Assembly: GCF_030684315.1 (NCBI RefSeq)
Contig: NC_081387.1
Coordinates: 1,778,497-1,842,496 of the forward strand
DNA length: 64,000 nucleotides
Source: Stegostoma tigrinum
Taxonomy: Eukaryota
Direction of reading: 5' to 3'
Each line of letters begins with the position of its first letter. The first letter of the stretch is position 1. Under the pieces are notes generated by a model. That model did not search any database. It was given only the letters and a program-made list of their open reading frames with translations, and was not told where the DNA came from. The position numbers and the translations under genes are program-made. Shown here one piece after another: positions 49,501 through 63,259 of the stretch.

Positions 49501-50591
49501 CTGCCGTTGTTCTTTTTAGCATTTTGCTATATTTTACCTGACAGAATCTTTTCACATTCACATTTAGTTGTAATTATCTCCCTTAAAGTTTCACCTGACA
49601 CATTTTAACCACCTCTAGGATTTCTGTTGTGTTTAGCCCTTGGTAACTGTCATATACGTCCTTCTATAATTTTTTGCCCTGCTGTTTACAAACCCGTCAC
49701 TTTTGCAATTTATGTAAATGCATTATGCCACTTATAAGTATCTGAACACAATGATGCGCAAGGCAGGTGTATGTAACCGAGCTCATAATTCAACTTTCCA
49801 AGCCCAGCCATTATTTCCTGAGTCTGCACTGAAACTTCCACCGATTACCCTCGCTCTGTCTACTTCCACTCTATCCAAACTCACTTTGGTAGTACTGAAA
49901 CATTGCCGTCCATCGCTTAATGTATGCAATTCTGTCGTCCTTCATCTTTAAAATAATCTGTGTGAAACTTTGATAAAAAGGCGCAGAGAAACTGAAACTT
50001 AGCAGTATGCAATTTGACCCCTCACTACATTTTTTCGAGAAAAATATAACGCAAACACAAACTGGATCCCTGGACATTCACCAAAATGACCAATCTGGAA
50101 CTTTCATGAGACGTTATAAACGCACTGTGATCCCGAATGGAACAGCTCACTGTACAATCGGAAACGTGGGAGCTATGGAGGTATGTAATACTGTATCATG
50201 ATCCAAAACTGAGGACGATGTTGGGCCGGGAGGGTGTGGGACGGTGGTTGAAGCTGGTGGAAATGGAATATATCTCAGAAGATAAAATTCTGATGTTGGG
50301 GGAGAAGCAGCAAAGGGGATAGTTCAGAAATCGTGACCGCTGAGTGCAAAGGGAAAACGCGGCACCTAACTGTTCAATGAGATTATGTTTCGTGTAAAAT
50401 CCCGAAGGTGAAAGCAAGAACTGCAATTCCCACCTGGAGCGGAAGTCTAGAGCGTTTTCCAAACCGAAACAGTCTTATTTAAATGGCATCAGAGATAATG
50501 GGAACTGCAGATGCTGGAGAATTCCAAGATGATAAAATGTGAGGCTGGATAAACACAGCAGGCCAAGCAGCATCTCAGGAGCACAAAAGCT

Positions 50592-50619
50592 GACGTTTCG
50601 GGCCTAGACCCTTCATCAG
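50592..50619 (-). ncRNA. Minimal type I hammerhead ribozyme core
   Basis: Reverse complement CTGATGA-A-GGGT(CTAG)GCCC-GAAAC-GTC. Confidence 0.75.
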
Positions 50620-52330
50620 AGAGGGGGATGGGGAGAGGGAACTGGAATAAATAAGGAGAGAGGGGGAGGCGGACCGAAGATGGAGAGTAAAGAAGATAGG
50701 TGGAGAGAGTGTAGGTGGGGAAGTAGGGAGGGGATAGGTCGGTCCAGGGAAGACGGACAGGTCAAGGAGGTGAGATGAGGTTAGTAGGTAGCTGGGGGTG
50801 CGGCTTGGGGTGGGAGGAAAGGATGGGTGAGAGGAAGAACCGGTTAGGGAGGCAGAGACAGGTTGGACTGGTTTTGGGATGCAGTGGGTAGGGGGGAAGA
50901 GCTGGGCTGGTTGTGTGGTGCAATTGGGGGTTGGGACGAACTGGGCTGGTTTAGGGATGCAGTGGGGGAAGGGGAGATTTTGAAACTGGTGAAGTCCACA
51001 TTGATACCATATGGCTGCAGGGTTCCCAGGCGGAATATGAGTTGCTGTTCCTGCAACCTTCGGGTGGCATCATTGTGGCAGTGCAGGAGGCCCATGATGG
51101 ACATGTCATCTAGAGAATGGGAGGGGGAGTGGAAATGGTTTGCGACTGGGAGGTGCAGTTGTTTGTTGCGAACTGAGCGGAGGTGTTCTGCAAAGCGGTC
51201 CCCAAGCCTCCGCTTGGTTTCCCCAATGTAGAGGAAACCACACCGGGTGCAGTGGATGCAGTATACCACATTGGCAGATGTGCAGGTGAACCTCTGCTTA
51301 ATGTGGAATGTCATCTTGGGGCCTGGGATGGGGGTGAGGGAGGAGGTGTGGGAACAGGTGTAGCATTTCCTGCGGTTGCAGGGGAAGGTGCCGGGTGTGG
51401 TGGGGTACGCATTATCCTCCGACACTTCCGCCATTTACAATCCGACCCCACCACCCAAGACATTTTTCCATCCCCTCCCCTGTCAGCTTTCCGGAGAGAC
51501 CACTCTCTCCGTGACTCCCTTGTTCGCTCCACACTGCCCTCCAACCCCACCACACCCGGCACCTTCCCCTGCAACCGCAGGAAATGCTACACCTGTCCCC
51601 ACACCTCCTCCCTCACCCCCATCCCAGGCCCCAAGATGACATTCCACATTAAGCAGAGGTTCACCTGCACATCTGCCAATGTGGTATACTGCATCCACTG
51701 TACCCGGTGCGGCTCTCTCTACATTGGGGAAACCAAGCGGAGGCTTGGGGACCGCTTTGCAGAACACCTCCGCTCAGTTCGCAACAAACAACTGCACCTC
51801 CCAGTCGCAAACCATTTCCACTCCCCCTCCCATTCTCTAGATGACATGTCCATCATGGGCCTCCTGCACTGCCACAATGATGCCACCCGAAGGTTGCAGG
51901 AACAGCAACTCATATTCCGCCTGGGAACCCTGCAGCCATATGGTATCAATGTGGACTTCACCAGTTTCAAAATCTCCCCTTCCCCCACTGCATCCCTAAA
52001 CCAGCCCAGTTCGTCCCAACCCCCAATTGCACCACACAACCAGCCCAGCTCTTCCCCCCCACCCACTGCATCCCAAAACCAGTCCAACCTGTCTCTGCCT
52101 CCCTAACCGGTTCTTCCTCTCACCCATCCCTTCCTCCCACCCCAAGCCGCACCCCCAGCTACCTACTAACCTCATCCCACCTCCTTGACCTGTCCGTCTT
52201 CCCTGGACCGACCTAACCCCTCCCTACCTCCCCACCTACACTCTCTCCACCTATCTTCTTTACTCTCCATCTTCGGTCCGCCTCCCCCTCTCTCCCTATT
52301 TATTCCAGTTCCCTCTCCCCAGCCCCCTCT

Positions 52331-52358
52331 CTGATGAAGGGTCTAGGCCCGAAACGTC
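52331..52358 (+). ncRNA. Minimal type I hammerhead ribozyme core
   Basis: CUGAUGA, helix II GGGU/GCCC, GAAAC, GUC triplet; palindromic ACGU in place of helix III. Confidence 0.75.
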
Positions 52359-52929
52359 AGCTTTTGTGCTCCTGAGATGCTGCTTGGCCTGCTGTGTTCA
52401 TCCAGCCTCACATTTTATCATATTTAAATGGCTGTCTCGATATCTGGCACTGTCTGTCACCGTGGTCCGGCGGCAGGGAGTGAGAGAGGGAGAGAGGGTG
52501 GGGCAGAAACCAACCTCCAGCGCCCCCCAAAACGCATCGTCTCAACTGTCTGGACAGAACAGAACTCCCCCTCGGCGAGCAAGGCGGTGGGAGTTGCTGA
52601 GAACAGGCTGGTGACAGAAGTAATTTAAAACAGCTCGTCGTATCAGACAGAGGCGGGCTTTCCATTGAAATTGAACCATCAGATAAAATCGAAAACAAAC
52701 GAAACAAGACCTGCACCCTTTGCTGGAGAGTGCCGTGATCTTGCAAAAGGCAACACATGAAACACTTGTGTCCACCACATAGAACGAGAAACACATTGGA
52801 TTTCTGCGTTTCAATGGGTGTGGGATAAACACACGCCGAAAATTAGAGTGACCCGGAAAAGAGCAGAAATAGAGGTTATCCATGATTATTCTTGAAAGCT
52901 GCAAATGTTCACAGAAACCCCTTTCAGCT

Positions 52930-53910
52930 AGAGTCATAATGTAATACAGCATGGAAATAGGCCCTTCGGCCCAAACGGGTCCATGCTGACCATGGTGCTG
53001 ACTCAGCTAGTTCCAATTACCCGCATTTGGCACATGTCCCGCTAAACCCTTCATCCATGTATCTGTCCAATATTTTTTGAAGCAGCTATTGTACCTGCCT
53101 GAATCATTTTCTCTGGAAGCCTATTCCATATACACACCACTCTGTGTGTGAAGAAGTTGCTCCTCACGTCTTAGATATTTCCCTTCTTACCTTTAAAGTA
53201 TTCTCGATGTTTTTTTTCAAATCCCCATTCCCGAGGAAAAGACTATATTCATTCATCCTATCTATATACTCTTGCTTTTATACACCTCAATAAGTTCATC
53301 CTTCACTCTCTTATGTTCCAAGGAATATGATGCTATTCTGGCCAACACTTCCCTCAAACTCAGGCCGACTAGCCCATGCAAAACTGTTGTAAATCTCCTT
53401 CGCACACTTCCCAGTTTAACTATGGTTTTCCTATAACAGGGTGATCAAAACTGTACACAATACTCCAAGTGCGGCCTCACCAATGACTTATACAACTGAA
53501 ACATAAAGCTCCAACGCCTATATTCAATGCCTCAACTAGTGAAGGCCAGCACGCTAAATGCCTTCTTCACCACCTTGTCCATTGTGATGTTGCTTTCAAT
53601 GAACTATGCACTTGGACTTCTAGGTCCCTCTGTTCCACAACACTCCTCAGGGCAATATCATTTATTGTAGAAGTCCTACCTAAGTTTGACTTTCCAAAGT
53701 GTGACATCCCACCCATATCTGCATTGAATTGCATTTACCAATCCTCAGCCCACCCCAGATCAAGATCCCTCTGTAATTTTTAATAACCTTCTTCACTATC
53801 AAATATTAGTCTTAATTTTTTTAACATTTGCAAACTTACTTGTACATGCCTTGTACATTCACATCTGATCATTTATATAAATAACAAATAACAAAGGTCC
53901 AAGCACCGAC
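52930..53910 (-). mobile_element. CR1 3' portion, decayed
   Basis: LVRPHLEYCVQF, FFTQRVV and KFAN motifs. Confidence 0.88.
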
Positions 53911-53919
53911 CCAATTGTC

Positions 53920-55200
53920 AATTTTCAGTTCAAACCTGGATGTGTTCCAGAACCTGTTGCCTTTCAAGAGTATCTGATGAATCGTGAATACTGGTAAACA
54001 AATGGTTTCATACACCTCGGCAAACATCATCACTTCTGATGTTATGATCAACGGAATGTTAAATATGAAACAGGTGATGATGGTTTGGTCTGGACCATTA
54101 CCCTGAGAATTGCCTGTAGTTGTGTACCGGAGCTGTGATAACCGATTGATAATAGGTATATTTTATTTTATTCATTCATGGGATGAGGACATTGCTGGCT
54201 AGGCAGCATTTATTGCCAATCCTTAGTTGCTACACTACTGCAGGCCAGGAGCCACATGTAATCCAGAGGATGGAGAGAATGGCAGTTTCCTTCCCTAAAG
54301 GACATTAATGAGCCAGACGGGTTTCCCCCCCCCCCCCCAACAATCAACAATGGATTCATGATTATCATTATACCCTTAATTCCAAATATTTATTGAATAC
54401 AAATTCCACCCTCTGCCATGGTGGGATTCCAACTCGAGTCCCCAGAACATTATTTGGGTCTCTGGATTAACAGCCCTCTGATGACCGTGGGCCATCTCCT
54501 CCCCTAATGATATGACTCCAACTGTGGAGTGTTTTTCATAATTATCATTGATTCCAGCTTTTCTATGTGCCCTTGATGCTACATTCGGTTAAGTGTGGCC
54601 TTGGTACCACGGCCTGTAAATATTACTTCACCTCTGGAAATCAGCTGTTTTGACCATGCTTGTACCGAGGTGTTAATAAAGTTAAGAGCTGAGTAGCCCT
54701 GATGGAACATGTACTCGGCATCACTGACCAGGTTATTGCTTAGGAGATGCTACTTGGTAGCACTGCTGATGCGATGGCATCTTCCAACACTTTAGTGATG
54801 TTGGAGAGTCGGTTGTTGCAGCAGTAATTGGTCTGGTTTGATTTGTTGCCCTGAACATACCCGAAAATTTTCCACAATGTTCGATAGATGTCATTGTCGT
54901 TAATCTTACAGAGCAGCTTCACTAACAGTGTGGCAATTTATGGAGAACAGTACTATTGTCAAAAAGATTTCATTACTATTGCAATTGCAGCATGTAGTGG
55001 CTCCAGCTGTTTCTTGATTTCATGCGGAGTGACATGAATTGGTTGAAGACATGCAACTGTGATACCGGAAATCTCTGGAGGAGGTGAACATGGATTATGA
55101 GCTCTGCACTTCTTGCTGAAGATTATTGCAAAAACATCATATCTTCATTGATGCACTGGGCACTTCTATCATCGAGTTTGAGTAGACTTGTGAAGCAAAA
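53920..55200 (-). mobile_element. Old LINE fragment with a nested SINE (54170-54500)
   Basis: RT-like remnants; the SINE is homologous to 12725-13080. Confidence 0.65.
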
Positions 55201-56174
55201 CTACAACATGAAGAGAGATTGGTTTGACTGTACCTGCATTCAACAGGTGTGATCTGATAGAAACATCAAATTATGACAGGATTATACAAAATACAAATGA
55301 GAATGAAGTCTCCCCTGGTTGGGGAGTTTGAAACAAGGGGTCATTGTCTCAAGATAATGAGTAGATCTTTAGGACTGAGGCAAGGAAGAATTTCTTCACT
55401 CAGAGCGAGGCCAACTACTGGAATTCACTTCTATATAAGACTGTGTAGGCCAGATTACTGCATGTGCTAGAAAATTATATGTTTTTCTTGTTAGACTTGA
55501 AATACACCAAGGACTATGGAGAGAGCACAGAGTATGATGTTGAAATTGATGATCACCCATGATTACACTAAATTGTAGGGCAATCTAAGGGGCTAATAGC
55601 CTTCTCGTCTTCCTTGCTTCTGTAAAATAAATTACTGCACTGACACTGAGCGTCTATGCATACCTGCACTATTTCTCCTTCACAAACTGTTTGTTATTAC
55701 AGCTGCTGAGCATTTGTAAGACTTTCCTTTTTTTCATTTCACTCACCAAGCTTGTGATGCTTTATCCTTTCACCTATGAGGCTGTTCTTTGCAAAGTCAA
55801 GAAACAGGAAACTGGTTTAGAATTCTTTAGCTGCATTGAGAATTGCTAAATCCCAGGTTCAGCAACTTGTTTAGGGTTATGAATGTAAATGAGGCACAAT
55901 CCAAAATTCTGAAGTCACTAGGATTCGAGGATTTTCACCACAGGTCCTGAAGTTTGAGTCCAATAATTCAAAGACTTCGGCCTCACTATTACCCCTCACC
56001 AATGCCAACATTCAAACCGAGGACTCTCAAGTGAAAGTTCTCTTTGCAGTTCATTGCACAGTCAGCCCAAGGCTTTTCATTGGAGGCACAACATCAATTT
56101 AATTTCTGAGTTATACTCAACATGGGAGTTAGAAATTAAAATAGAAGGAGTGAGAAAGCAAAATTCATTGGGTG

Positions 56175-56490
56175 GACAAGACGGGATCTGGGGACTCAAT
56201 TACTAAAGGTCATGATTTCAAGGTGAAAGGGGCAATGTTTAAGGGAGATATACGTGGAAAGTTCTTTACACAGAGGGTGGTGGGTGCCTGGAACACGTTG
56301 CCAGTGGAAGTGATAGAGTTGGGCATGATAGCATCATTTAAGATGTATCTAGGCAGATACATGAATGGGCAGGGAGCAGAGGGATACTGATCTTGGAAAA
56401 TAGGCTACAGATTTAGAAAGAGGCTTTGGATTGGTGCAGGCTTGGAGGGCTGAAGGGCCTGTTCCTGCGCTGTAATTTTCGTTGTTCTTC
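56175..56490 (+). mobile_element. CR1 3' end
   Basis: TKGHDFKV...KFFTQRVVGAWNTLP. Confidence 0.9.
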
Positions 56491-57049
56491 ATTCTTTGTT
56501 CCAGTCGGGGTTATCAGTTTTGAGCTTTCGGAAACCTTTTTCTGAACAGTTTACAGCAGGATAGTCTGTCTCTAGGACTGCAGAAGTCCTACAGATATAT
56601 CTGTACATGAAGTTTATTGACCATCCTAGGAGATGAATGAAATATCTACTAAGTTGAACCTGATAGTGAGAATTGCACATACGGAAAAGGATCATTCAGT
56701 TAGAACAGAAGACTCAAGAGACCAGATCCGAATAGTACAGACTTTAGAAGGCATTTCATTCAGAATTCCTGTGAATGGACATGGAATATCGCAGAACTTT
56801 GGGCCACACATATTGACTTTAATTTTATAAGAATTTATGTGTTTCATGAGTTGCACTGATCAACAATTGATTCTTTTTGTCAATCCAGGACGGAGGAAAA
56901 GAAGCCTTGGGAGGGTCTACAGTGACTAAAAGCAATTGCTGGGTAACAAGTAACAAAGTGGCAGGGGTTTTAGTACAGTAAGAATTGGAAGCAGTTTCTC
57001 TGGAAAGATCCAATTCTGAAGATAAGCCTTTAACATACCAGGGACATGG

Positions 57050-60000
57050 ACTACAAGATAGAAAGGCAGATGTAGTCCTTTCAGCTGTTTTGGCGTGCTC
57101 ACCTATTCAATAAGATCATGGTTAATCTGTTAACCATCAAATGCACTTTTCTGCTCCTCCATCTGCGCCCAATAACCATTGATTTCTTTTCTGATTAAAG
57201 ATCTATCTGCCTAAATCAACAAATTTTCCAGTGCAGTGAATTCAAATCCAAAAATGTTAACTTTAATTTCTTTCCACAGATATTGGCAGACCTGCTGAGC
57301 TATTCCACCAACTTTTTTTGTTGGTCCCTGATTTCTACCATCCACAGTCCGTTCAATTTTTATTTAGGAACATGCCTTGGCTATTCATTCCCTGGAGCCT
57401 GATCCATCTGGTTTGTCTGATCTGCCTGATAAACACATGGCTAATCCGACATTCCTTCAATTTCTTGCCCCTTCCAATAATACTTGATTTTCCCTGCTAA
57501 TCGTAAATCTATCTATCTCAGCCTTTAAAAAATAAATAACAACATCACGCCACAGCTTTCTACTGTAAGGAGTTCCAAAGGCTCACAACTGACAGAGTCA
57601 TTCTACCTCATCTCATTTTAAATTGGAACACACTGATCCTGAGACTACACCTTCAGGTGTTGACTGTCCCACCAGCAGAAACTTCCCCTCAGAATTTGCC
57701 CTGTCAAATCCCATAGGAATCACATACAGTTCATTGAGAGCAAGTCTTGTTCTTTAGAACTCCAAAGTGTAGAGTCACAACATGTTTAACCTTCACTCAG
57801 TTTCTCCATTCTGGGGATCATGCTCATGAACTTTCTCTGAACTATCTCCAATGAATTAAGATATTGGCTGAAATCAGGGGCCAAAAGTGCTCACACTATT
57901 CCAGATGTGGTCCCATAAGTACCTTATATTGTTACAGTAAGGCTTCCCTACTCTAATACACCAACTCCTTTGAAATAAGGGCTACCATTCCATTAACCTT
58001 CCCTATTACCTGTTGCACACGTGTGCTAGCTTCCTTCGTTCCATTTCCATGTACCCCCAAGAACCTGTGTGTTGCAGTTTTATGCAGTTAATTTTACACC
58101 GTTTAAATTGTATTGTGTTCTTCCTTCTCCTTTCCAAAACAAACAACTTGACATTTTCCTACATGATACTGCACTTGCCAATATTTTTGCCCTCTCACTT
58201 AACCAATCAATATTGCTCTGGAGGTGTTTGTATCCCTTTTGCAACTTTCCTTTCTACTGACTTTTCTGTCGTCTGCACATCTGGTTACAGTACTTTCAAT
58301 TCTACTTCTGATTCATTATTATTTATCATTAACAGTTGCAGTCTTAGCATAGAACCCCATTGGTAACCGATCGCGATCCTGAAAAATAATCCCTTAATCC
58401 CAAATTACACTTTCTGTGCATTAGCTAATTCTCTATCCATGCCAATATCCTACCTTCGACATCTTTAACTTTTATCTTATGTCTTAATCTTGTATGATGC
58501 ACCTTGTTGAATGTCTTCTGAAAGTCCAAACACAAGACTTGTGCTGGCTCCCTGGACCCACTCTGGTTGAGACACCCTCGAAAGTCTGCAGTGAATTACT
58601 CAGAAAATATGTTCCTTTCACAAAGCAGCAAATACTCTGTTTGGTTAAAATATGATTTTCCAGATGTTCTGCCATAACTTCCTTAATAATCGATTGCAAC
58701 ACATTTTCACAGTAGATATGAGGCTAATCGGACGAGAGCTACTTGCTTTTTGTTTCCTCGCCTTTGTGAATTGAGGCATCACATTGCCAGTTTTCCAATC
58801 CTCTGGTACTCTCCAGTATCCGAAGATTATTGGAAAGTTACAGTCAATGAACCTACTGTCCTTGTAGTTACTTTTGTTTTAGGATCCCAGGGTGCAAGAC
58901 ATCAGGACTTCTTTTCCTTTAGTTTTGCTAGTTTGTCTTATGCCACTCCGACAGTGATGGTGATGGTACTTATTTCCCCTTCCGTATTCTTTAGTATTAT
59001 TGGGATCTTATACCGTACACACTGATGCATAGTATTGTTTAACTCCTCCGCCATTCCTTTAATCTCATAATTATTGCCCAACGTTCATTTTCTAACAGTC
59101 TTACGTCCCGTTTGACTTTCTTCTTCCTTGTCATATGTTTAAAGAAGATCATAGTGTCTTGTTTTGTTTTAAGAAGTTTTTTTGTGTGTTCCTCGCCACT
59201 TTGCCCCCGTACTTTTCTTTTCTTTCTGCCTTTCTTGTCTTTTGTTAGCTTGCTTTGCACAGAATCAGAATTTAACTCAGTCTTCAGCGCTGTAACTGAT
59301 TTATGTCTGCTGAAGTGTTTTTCTTTCTTTCAACTTAACACTTTCTTAAGTTGTTTTGTGGCTATGGTTGAGTTTACACTTTCGACAGTTAGGCTACAGT
59401 TTAGGGGTCTTCATATTGCTTGTGCTAATTTCTTCTTTCCGTCGCTGTTCTTTCTTTTTGCCTCGATCCTAGCAGACCCTACATTATCCAAACTCGGATT
59501 GACTCTTACGAGGGTCCACATATCATCTCTAACTAACACTACCACCCTACTACTTTTTCCTCCTCTCCTGTTTTTCCATAAAGTCGTATACTCTTTAATG
59601 TTAAGTTCCCAATCTTGATTTTTTTAACCAAATTATCTTAACAGCTATGATATCAGATCAAAATACCACGATTTGCAATGTCAGATCATTTTCTTATTCT
59701 CAATGCTTCGTAAATTAAAATAAATAGCCTGATGGCTTTCCTTCTTGCCATTTTTAATATTTCGAACCTTTCTTTGTACTGTAACTGTATTTACTTCTCG
59801 ATCTTGTTTATACTGTTGAAAGTTTTCTTCATTGTACTATTTTTCTTTGATTACATCTTTGCTTCTATCTCCTTTGTCACACTGCTCAGGTTGCCATCAA
59901 CCTGCCATTCCAGTTTAAACTCGTCCCAAACACACTGGCAAATTCGGATAATAGTTCCTCTCCTGCGCAGGTGTAATCCATCTATTTTGCACCGGTCTCA

Positions 60001-61000
60001 CCTCAACCAGATCCGGTTCCAATGTCCTCGAAATCTGAAACCTTGCCCCTCTTTCCAGCCACATATCTTCCTACTTCTAAGCTGAGTAGTACACGGAGCT
60101 ACTAGTAATTCTGAGTTCACTACATTTGAAGTTCTACTTTCAACTCACTTCCAACTCCCTACATTCGTCGTTTAGGGCATCATCCTTTTTATTACGTACT
60201 ATATTGGTACCGATGGGTACCACGAACACTGTCTGCCCAAAATGTATGCCTTGCAACTGCTCTTAGTTATCCTTCTGGCGCCATCAAGCAACACAACATC
60301 CTGGAGGCTTGCTGTAGTGACAAGAACGCCAAACTACCGCATTTACCGTTTAATCTCCTATGACTTTTGCATTCCTACGCTTCCTACTCCACTCCGAGTA
60401 GTAGCGTCAACCGTGGTACAATGACTCTGGTATTTGCTGCTTTCCCGTGAGAGATCAATAGTGTCTAAAATGTTTTGCTTTGGAATGGAATGGCCAGACG
60501 GGTCTTGCACTGCCTGCGAAGTCGTCTTACGCCCCTCTGGTGGTCACTCATTCCCTTTCTCCCTAACGAGCACCCTGCACGTGCTATCTACGATCCTCTG
60601 AAATTTGCAGAATCTGCATCGTGTCGCTAACCGCCCCTCTCGTCCCGAATCCGAGTAGCCAGGAGATGCAGTTGGAGGCATTTCCTGTACACATGCTGCT
60701 CGAAAGAGGATGAGGGGCAAACCAGGGCTTTGGGTTCTCTTGCCATGGTTTACTCTTTGGATTAAACCTTGAAAGAACTCTTAAAATCATACACAATGCC
60801 CATTTCTTTCGGACAGTTCTTCCTTGAACCCATCAATAAAGAATATAGGTCTTGTAAACGTTAAACCACCAAGTAAAACGTTTGCAAACTATAAGCCATA
60901 ATGGTAATACAAGCACTTACCGCCTGCGCTTACTCAGACAGTAGCTTCCTCTTGTCATGCATCAATTTTGCATCTTGCATCGTCTCATTCGCTCCACTTT
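57050..61000 (-). mobile_element. Near full-span decayed CR1 (ORF1 esterase, partial APE, RT, 3' UTR) with deletions
   Basis: DGLHL-like ORF1 at ~59970, LQSIIKE..AEHLE, DFQK.FNKV, 3' tail at ~57055. Confidence 0.8.
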
Positions 61001-62242
61001 TGGAATGAACGAACAGTTTCGTCAGTGCGCTGGTCAGCTGCTCTCCGCCAGATTCAATCACTCTCTGACTTCGGGAAATTTGTACTGTTAAAAATTACTT
61101 AAAGTCCCTATTTTGCCTCATGCTTCAATTTTTCTAAGACCTTACATTTATTTTAAAGATCCGAAGTACTCACTAATCCAATTCACTAATCAGAGAGGAC
61201 CTGGCCATCTGTTCCTGCTCTCACCTAACTCCTTGTTTCACCAGTCCATAGCTGCATGCTAATGAAATCAAAGCCGCACTTCAACGCAGACTGCCTGCCG
61301 AAATTTCAAGGATGTTGGAAGGGGCGGGGGTGGAGGTGGGGGAGTCTGGTGGGGGTAGGAGGTTGGTCGTGATTGGTGCCATAACAGTGACAAATTTAAT
61401 CGAGGTAGAGTCAGCACCTTCAAATGAGAAAGAAACATCAGCAAAAAGAAAGCAATGTTCGAGACGTTTCGATATCTTTGAGTTTCAGTACAAAGAGGCA
61501 CTGTAGTTTGCAAAATGCTACTGCAGCATTGCATATTGAAGAGAGGAAAAATGCTCAATAAAATAGAGTTGGCTGGTCTGGACTTCCATCCTGTACTTTG
61601 GAGTAAAAATCATCTTTAATAATTAGTTTGCATATAATAATAAAACAATTGAACTTTGTTGATCTATTAACTAAGCATCTATTCTTCTTAATTAAAGTTA
61701 ATCTCGCATGATGTTCCCATGTGATGACAACATTCAACAAGATAATGACGCTTTATTCCCAATTTATAGGTGAAACATACCACACAGTCTAAACCGTGGA
61801 GCAAGCATCAGATTCTGCAGTTCAGTTTCAGAGTTATTGCAGTGAACACAGTGAATGTTGAAAACTCTGTTTCCAGGAACGGAGACTTCACCACAAACTG
61901 TCTTACCGTTAAAATTGATCTTCGATCTCAGGTACATAGAACTCAATAAAGATATAACAGAGTCCCCTGTTCTTTTTGACGAACGTCAGACTTCAAAAGG
62001 AAACATAAGAGCACTATCTATCACTTTCCTTTTGCAAGATTTAAGAAAATTGCGGAAGTCGCTTCGAATTACGTAAGAGCCTTTTTTTCCCATTTCTGTT
62101 TCTGCATATGTACCAAGTAAACGCATCCTGCTGCAACTTATATGTCTATTTTGCTAACAATAGCAGTGAGTTCAGTTGTCTGGCCAAGTGATTTGTTTTA
62201 ATAATTTTCTTTATAAACTGGTTTCATGTTCGCTGTGTGTGG

Positions 62243-62291
62243 ATATATAATATATTATATATATATATATATACACACGTATAAATATACA
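62243..62291. repeat. (TA)n microsatellite
   Basis: atatataatatattatatatatatatatata. Confidence 0.85.
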
Positions 62292-63259
62292 CAATGTCAT
62301 TCTGCATTTTTATTTTAAGTAATGGAGTGTTTGTATTGGGTTTTCTGCTTTTTTGTTATGTTCTTTACTTTTAATTAACTCATACAGAGATCTGGTAGGC
62401 GTTATGAAGCTTCTGTTATTTGTTTTGGAGACTTCAGATTTGAAAAATGATAGAAAATTGGTATATTTCAAGCTGTGTAAATACCTGAAATTATTTTTGT
62501 TTGGGTCACTGCAAGGTTGCTTTAGATATTGGGACAGTTTTGCTAATTTCCCAGACTGGTTTGCTGGAACCATTTGGCTTTCTTCTCCTCCTGACAGAGA
62601 GAGAGAGAGATCCTTTTTGAACAGCTTTTTGGGAGCAGTTATCTGTCCTTGTATGCAACCTATTGAAGAAAGGAAGTCTTCCAGCACCACAGTTTCTGCT
62701 AAAGCACTTGTTTGGTGTCAAATGTAATACCTGAAACCCTGATGAAGCTGTTATTTTGAGTGGGTTTGCCTCAAGGGTAACTGAATGATTGTCTACACCT
62801 CGTCAACTGCGCACAAGTACTGTGATGTCAGACTGACAATTGTGTGAATATTCCAGATATGTTCTCGTCTTTACCTTCAAGAAGTAATCCTTTGGCTGGA
62901 ATTGAGTATTTGGATTTCGTGAGTCTGTGCCTGTGCGTGTGATAGATATTTCTATTTTCATATTTCAAACTGTGTTAATCATCTTCACATTTGTTTTTCA
63001 TAAATCAGCACCTTTGTATTTAATAAATAACTTGTTTGATGTATCTTCTTATTCTCAAATTATTATGGTTAAAATATGACCTTGGCCATATCAGAAACCT
63101 GGTGAGGCATGTAATTCTATGTTGAGAGCTGACAAGGACTAGAGAACAGAAGGCATTTGCCCCACATTGGCCACTTCAAATTCGACACAAGTGATAAGTA
63201 TGGTTGACCTTAAAATTAAAAGTCCTCTTATAAATAAAAGGTCTCCAAAATATACCATA

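Larger units (their letters stand above)
50488..52420. mobile_element. Young Penelope-like element (family A), 1.9-kb palindrome, GIY-YIG in both arms, no RT
   Basis: Arms 50530-51406 and 51544-52420; VVYCIHCTRCG.LYIGETKRRLGDRFAEH; 12-bp TSD tatttaaatggc at 50476-50487 and 52421-52432. Confidence 0.97.

Noticed and set aside
51183-52106. 307-aa ORF as a novel host endonuclease
   Set aside because: Non-ATG start; the N-terminus is antisense of the left arm, fused at the inversion to a truncated PLE C-terminus.
59112-60085. Hydrophobic ORFs resembling membrane proteins
   Set aside because: T-rich antisense strand of an A-rich CR1.
61855-62727. Possible exons (ag|61932-62071|gt on +; 126-aa ORF on -)
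   Set aside because: No recognisable domain, no partner exons and no ATG; needs a homology search or RNA-seq.
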